Part shown: in pieces, positions 59,973-64,000 of the stretch
Layout: every line of letters begins with the position of its first letter
How positions within the stretch are numbered: the stretch's first letter is position 1
From: Candidatus Latescibacterota bacterium
Lineage (GTDB): Bacteria; Latescibacterota; UBA2968
Length of the DNA stretch: 64,000 bases
Reading direction: 5' to 3'
Assembly (NCBI GenBank): GCA_965198115.1
Contig: OZ240241.1
Location: 6,880,001 to 6,944,000, forward strand
Made by a program: the position numbers and the translations under genes
Notes under the pieces: model-generated
The model's input: the letters and a program-made list of their open reading frames with translations, nothing else
The model's database searches: none
What the model was told of the DNA's origin: nothing

Positions 59973-61289
59973 TCATCGGATTCGGGCCAGTTTCGCGGCA
60001 AAGCCGCCGTCGTCGCCCGGACGTTCTGGAAACAGGGCAAGGAATTCAGCCTCCCCGAAGGGCACGATCCGAAAACGATCGTCCTGGTCGAGAAAATGCC
60101 GGATGACGTGCTCGTTTTCCTCCGGCTCCGTCGTGCAGGTGCTGTAGACGAGTAATCCGTCCATTTTGACGCGCTCGGCGGCGAATCGAAGGATGCGGGA
60201 CTGCTGGCGAGGCAGGGCTTCGAGATCCTTCAGGGTGCGCTTCCATTTGATCTCCGGGTGCCGGCCGATTGTCCCCAACCCCGTGCAAGGGACATCGACG
60301 AGGACACGGTCGAAACATACGTGCGTTGGAAGCTGGGCATCGTCTGCGCAGACGATGCGGACGTTCTGCCGCAAACGTCGAACATTGTGGGTCAGACGTC
60401 GCAGGCGTCGGACACTCCGATCCGTGGCCAGAACGGTGCCAGTAGGGCCCGTTTGAACGGCCGCCACACAGGCCTTGCCGCCCGGTGCTGCACAGACATC
60501 CAGGACGGTGTGGCCTGGGCGGATCGAGGCACTGTCGATGATTCGGGCGGCAGACGGACCCTGTGCGATGAACCATCCGTTCGAAAAGGCCTGGGTCGCG
60601 AAGAGGTCCGAGGCGTGATCGACGTAGAAGAGATCGGGTAGGTCGGGATGGGGTCGAGGCTCGAAACCGTTCGAGGACAGTTCGTCGTTGAGCTGGATCG
60701 CGGTTGCGTTGCTTTGACAGACCCGGATGCTGACGGGTTGGCGCGCGTTCATGGCTTCGAGCGCTACGGTGCTACGATCGATACCGTATCGGTCGACCCA
60801 TCGGTTGACGAGCCACTGGGGGAAAGATTGTGATAACGCCAGTCGTGTGCCATCAGAATCTGAGGACGTCGATGACGGCTCGGGTTTTCGCCGATCCGCG
60901 ATTCCGCGGAGCACGGCGTTCACGAGTCTTGCGCGTTTGGAATCGCGTTGCCGGGCGAGGTCGACTGCCTCCGACACGACGGCATAGGCCGGGACCCGGT
61001 CCAGATGTCGCAGCTGGTAGGTACTGAGACGAAGGAGGGTGAGGGTCACGCCGGGCAGCCGGTCGAGCGGCTGGTCCAGGTAGGTGTTTAGCACGCTGTC
61101 GATCCGTCGTCGCCAGCGAAGCGTGCCGAGGACGATTTCCCGGACGAGGGCCTGGTCCTTCGCAGTCAACCCGTTCTGTCCGAGTTGTTCGAGGAGTTGG
61201 TCGGAGAAAGCCCCCTCATCAACCCGTTGGAGGATGTGAAGCGCCACGCCTCGTGCTGCGGGGGCAGTTTGGGTGGTGTGCTTGTCCAT
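59973..61289 (-). CDS. rsmB: 16S rRNA m5C967 methyltransferase (NusB-like plus methyltransferase domains)
   Basis: GTLRW, VNAVLR, VLDVCAAPGGK, DVPCTG and YSTCT motifs. Confidence 0.92.
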   Translation of the reverse strand: MDKHTTQTAPAARGVALHILQRVDEGAFSDQLLEQLGQNGLTAKDQALVREIVLGTLRWRRRIDSVLNTYLDQPLDRLPGVTLTLLRLSTYQLRHLDRVPAYAVVSEAVDLARQRDSKRARLVNAVLRGIADRRKPEPSSTSSDSDGTRLALSQSFPQWLVNRWVDRYGIDRSTVALEAMNARQPVSIRVCQSNATAIQLNDELSSNGFEPRPHPDLPDLFYVDHASDLFATQAFSNGWFIAQGPSAARIIDSASIRPGHTVLDVCAAPGGKACVAAVQTGPTGTVLATDRSVRRLRRLTHNVRRLRQNVRIVCADDAQLPTHVCFDRVLVDVPCTGLGTIGRHPEIKWKRTLKDLEALPRQQSRILRFAAERVKMDGLLVYSTCTTEPEENEHVIRHFLDQDDRFRIVPFGEAEFLALFPERPGDDGGFAAKLARIR

Positions 61290-61310
61290 AGCTGGAGACT
61301 GACAAAATAA

Positions 61311-62731
61311 GGCTCTATCCGGGTTTCTCAACGGTGAAACTATAGAATGACAAGGTCATAGATCGTTCCCTACGCTTGGTTGTGTGTGTAGGACAATCAA
61401 AGCGAAGGGGGTGCGACCTATGACCGGGAGCAGATTACTATCGAAACTGCTGAGATTCAAGGGGTTCCGTGTTGTCAGCTGGTGGTTTGAGGGGAGAAGC
61501 TGTTTCGTCATCGCCGTAAAGCCACATAAGAATGGTTGTTGTTGTCCGGAGTGCGGCCGTCGAGGTAAAATCGTCCGCACAATGCCCCATCCGCGTCGGT
61601 GGCGTGACATTCCGGTGTGCGGGTGGAGGGTCTGGCTTCTCTACCATCCTCGGGAGATTCGGTGTCCTACCCACGGTCGTGTGGTCGAGGAGATTCCGTG
61701 GGCGGAGCGGTTCTCTCGGGTGACGTATCGCTTCGAGTATGCCATGCTGCGCTACTGCCAGACCATGACGCAGAAGGCGGCGTCCGAGTTACTGCGCATC
61801 TCTGCCTCGACGCTGTCGGATCTCCTTCACCGATCCATCACGCGGCTTCGTGAAGGTCATCGTATCCGAGGGCTCAAAACCATCGGGATCGACGAGATCT
61901 CCTACGCCAAGCGTCACAGGTACGCCACGCTCGTTTACGATCTGGACCGCTCCTGCGTGGTGTGGGTTGGCCGCGGCAGGGCGCGTAAAACGATCGATCG
62001 GTTCTTCACAGAGGCTCTCAGTCCCTACCAGAGATCCAAGATCGAGTGGGGCCTGCTGCGACATGAGCGAAGCTTACATCGGAGCCATCCAGGAACACTG
62101 TCCGAATGCCAAGCTGGTCCTCGATCGCTTTCACATCGTCAAGGCTCTCAATGCCGCCGTTGACGAGGTCCGTAAGGACCAGTGGCGTAAAGCTGCCCCG
62201 GATGAGCGCAAAGCCATGAAGGGCCTCCGATGGCTCCTCTACCGGCACTCAGCGACACGCTCCAGAGGGGATACTCGGACACTCAAAGCACTGGAGAAGG
62301 CGAACTACCGAATCTATAGAGCCTGGAGACTCAAGGACGAGTTCGAGCAGTTCTGGGAATACAAAGCGCCCTGGGCTGCCGAACGCTTCCTGAAATGCTG
62401 GACGACGTCCGCACTCAGAAGTCGACTTGAACCCCTGCGAAAGTTCGTCAGGACCCTGCGACAGCACTTCTTCGGCGTCCTCGCATTCGTGAACACGCGT
62501 CTTACCAACGCCATCGCCGAAGGCCTCAACCGAATCGTCCAAATCGTCAAGAACCGAGCCAGCGGATTCCGCACACTCGACGCATTCAACGATATGATCT
62601 TCCTTACCGTCGGAGACATAAACATCCCTGAGCAGATTCCGAAGAGGTTCCGCACACTCTAACCGCGCCCCCATGCCAGGAACCACGGCACCTTCACCCA
62701 CTTCATCTCGTTGAGAGATCCGGATATAGCC
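61311..62731 (+). mobile_element. ISL3-family insertion sequence, copy 3 (1421 bp)
   Basis: Same IRs; 8-bp target duplication CAAAATAA at 61303-61310 and 62732-62739. Confidence 0.95.
61384..62662 (+). pseudogene. ISL3 transposase with +1 frameshift near 62048
   Basis: GAGTGGGGCC here versus GAGTGGGCC in copies 1 and 2; may be a sequencing error. Confidence 0.8.
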
Positions 62732-62794
62732 CAAAATAAGCCAGGGAGGAATGGCTGTGTCAAGGCGGTGAACTGCGCTAAGACCTTACGCAGC

Positions 62795-62823
62795 TTGACT
62801 TTGGGAAAACCTTCGGATAAATT
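62795..62823 (+). promoter_or_regulatory. sigma70-type promoter candidate for clpP
   Basis: TTGACT-N17-TAAATT. Confidence 0.5.
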
Positions 62824-62898
62824 CCTCCCTGCTTTCGCCGCGCCGTTGCAGGCGCGATCTGTTTTTATGGCACTCCCTGAAAGGGTAGGATTGTAAAG

Positions 62899-63510
62899 AT
62901 GCAAGATCATCCGAACGCACGGCTCGAGGAAGAAGACGAAGACGAAAAGGGGTCGAAGGATGTGGATTTTCTCGGGCGCAGTCTGATCAAAACGCGCACG
63001 ATTCTGATCTCTGACTCTGTGGATCACAAGCTGACCGCCCGCGTGACGGCTCAGCTGCTGTTTCTCGACAACGAAGATGCGGAAGCCCCGATCAAGATTT
63101 TCATCAACTCACCGGGGGGAAGTGCCGACGACGGGTTTGCGATCTACGACATGATCCGGTTCGTCCGTCCGAGGGTGAAGATCGTCAGTACCGGATTGTC
63201 TGCGAGTGCGGCAACGGTGATCATGCTCGCCGCGGCGAAGGAAGACCGTCTCGCTCTACCGAACGCGCGCATCATGATCCACCAGCCGTCGATGCGATCG
63301 CACGGTGCGGCCGAGGATATCAAGCGTACAGCCGAGCAGATTCTGAAGTTGCGCGAACGGATCAATGAACTCTACGCCGAGGAGACGGGTCAACCGTTTG
63401 AGAAGGTGTCGGAAGATACCGACAGAGATTATTGGATGACGGCGACTGAGGCCGTCGACTATGGATTGATCGATCGAGTCGTGACGAATCTGAGTGATCT
63501 CGAGGGCTGA
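62899..63510 (+). CDS. clpP: ATP-dependent Clp protease proteolytic subunit
   Basis: INSPGG, SASAA (Ser), MIHQP (His) and DRDYW (Asp) motifs. Confidence 0.93.
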   Translation: MQDHPNARLEEEDEDEKGSKDVDFLGRSLIKTRTILISDSVDHKLTARVTAQLLFLDNEDAEAPIKIFINSPGGSADDGFAIYDMIRFVRPRVKIVSTGLSASAATVIMLAAAKEDRLALPNARIMIHQPSMRSHGAAEDIKRTAEQILKLRERINELYAEETGQPFEKVSEDTDRDYWMTATEAVDYGLIDRVVTNLSDLEG

Positions 63511-63513
63511 ACT

Positions 63514-64000
63514 TTGACGACAGCCACGGTGCCGATCAACACGGACGATCCGGTCAACGCTGCCATCCTGGCGGTGTCCGAGGATAGGATCCAGGGTTTT
63601 CGTCGGGATCCGATCGGGACGATCGCCGAACAATCGGGTGTGGGGCTCGAGGATGTGATCCTTCGCATCCGGGCCATGCTCGAGGGTGGGACGATACGTC
63701 GCGTCAGACAGACCTTGATGGCGACCAATCTGGCGCCCGGGGCGCTCGTCGCGTGGAACGTGTCGGAGGACCGTTTGAATGATGCCTTCGATCACATGTT
63801 TCAGATCGACCCGTTCTCGGGGCACGTCGTCATCCGGACGACGGACGAGGGGAAGACGGGTGCCCGCTACCGATTGTGGACGACCGTGAAGGTGCCGAGG
63901 CCCTATTCGCTGGAGCGTCACTGTGCGTTCCTGCGCGACCAGGTTGGCGCCGATCATTTCAGGTTGATGCCCGCCAAGTGCATCTTCGCCCTGGGGGTCG
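63514..64000 (+). CDS. Lrp/AsnC-fold protein, siroheme decarboxylase (AhbA/B, NirD/L)-like; partial at window end
   Basis: Manual translation from TTG 63514: ...IAEQSGVGLEDVILRIRAMLEGGTIRRVRQTL...GALVAW...GHVVIR...YRLWTTVKV, an HTH followed by an AsnC-like domain. Confidence 0.65.
   Translation, partial: MTTATVPINTDDPVNAAILAVSEDRIQGFRRDPIGTIAEQSGVGLEDVILRIRAMLEGGTIRRVRQTLMATNLAPGALVAWNVSEDRLNDAFDHMFQIDPFSGHVVIRTTDEGKTGARYRLWTTVKVPRPYSLERHCAFLRDQVGADHFRLMPAKCIFALGV

Overview
GC-rich bacterial chromosomal window. The many sulfatase, amidohydrolase, PhyH and beta-propeller genes plus a Na+-pumping decarboxylase suggest a marine heterotroph such as a Latescibacterota-like MAG (inference only). 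The first ~22 kb is accessory: a catabolic cluster (GH4 glycosidase, sulfatase, two amidohydrolases, hxlAB, propeller proteins, MetE-like protein, MBL hydrolase, RraA-like aldolase, DegT aminotransferase, PhyH dioxygenase), two ISL3 copies, an IS630 and several short repeat families. The rest is mostly core genes: oadG-B-A inside a two-component cluster, dnaK, sucC, gpmI, LysR/acnA, an NtrC-type regulator, Rieske/cytochrome b/hexaheme cytochrome c, mdh, rplU-rpmA, RNase E/G, moeA-moaC, tRNA-Lys(CTT), HDOD/GAF kinase/sat/PilZ-like genes, a giant TPR protein, rsmB, a third ISL3 and clpP. About nine single-base frameshifts in short G/C runs most likely reflect long-read assembly errors. I found no CRISPR array, prophage or recognisable defence system, and no clear-cut new system. 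The best leads are a sigma54 promoter with tandem enhancer-like palindromes upstream of dnaK, a bipartite heptamer-repeat element present twice in swapped order, ISL3 insertions that remodel host genes (GH4 C-terminal fusion, possible hybrid promoter for rsmB), and hxlAB embedded in a glycan/sulfate-ester catabolic cluster.
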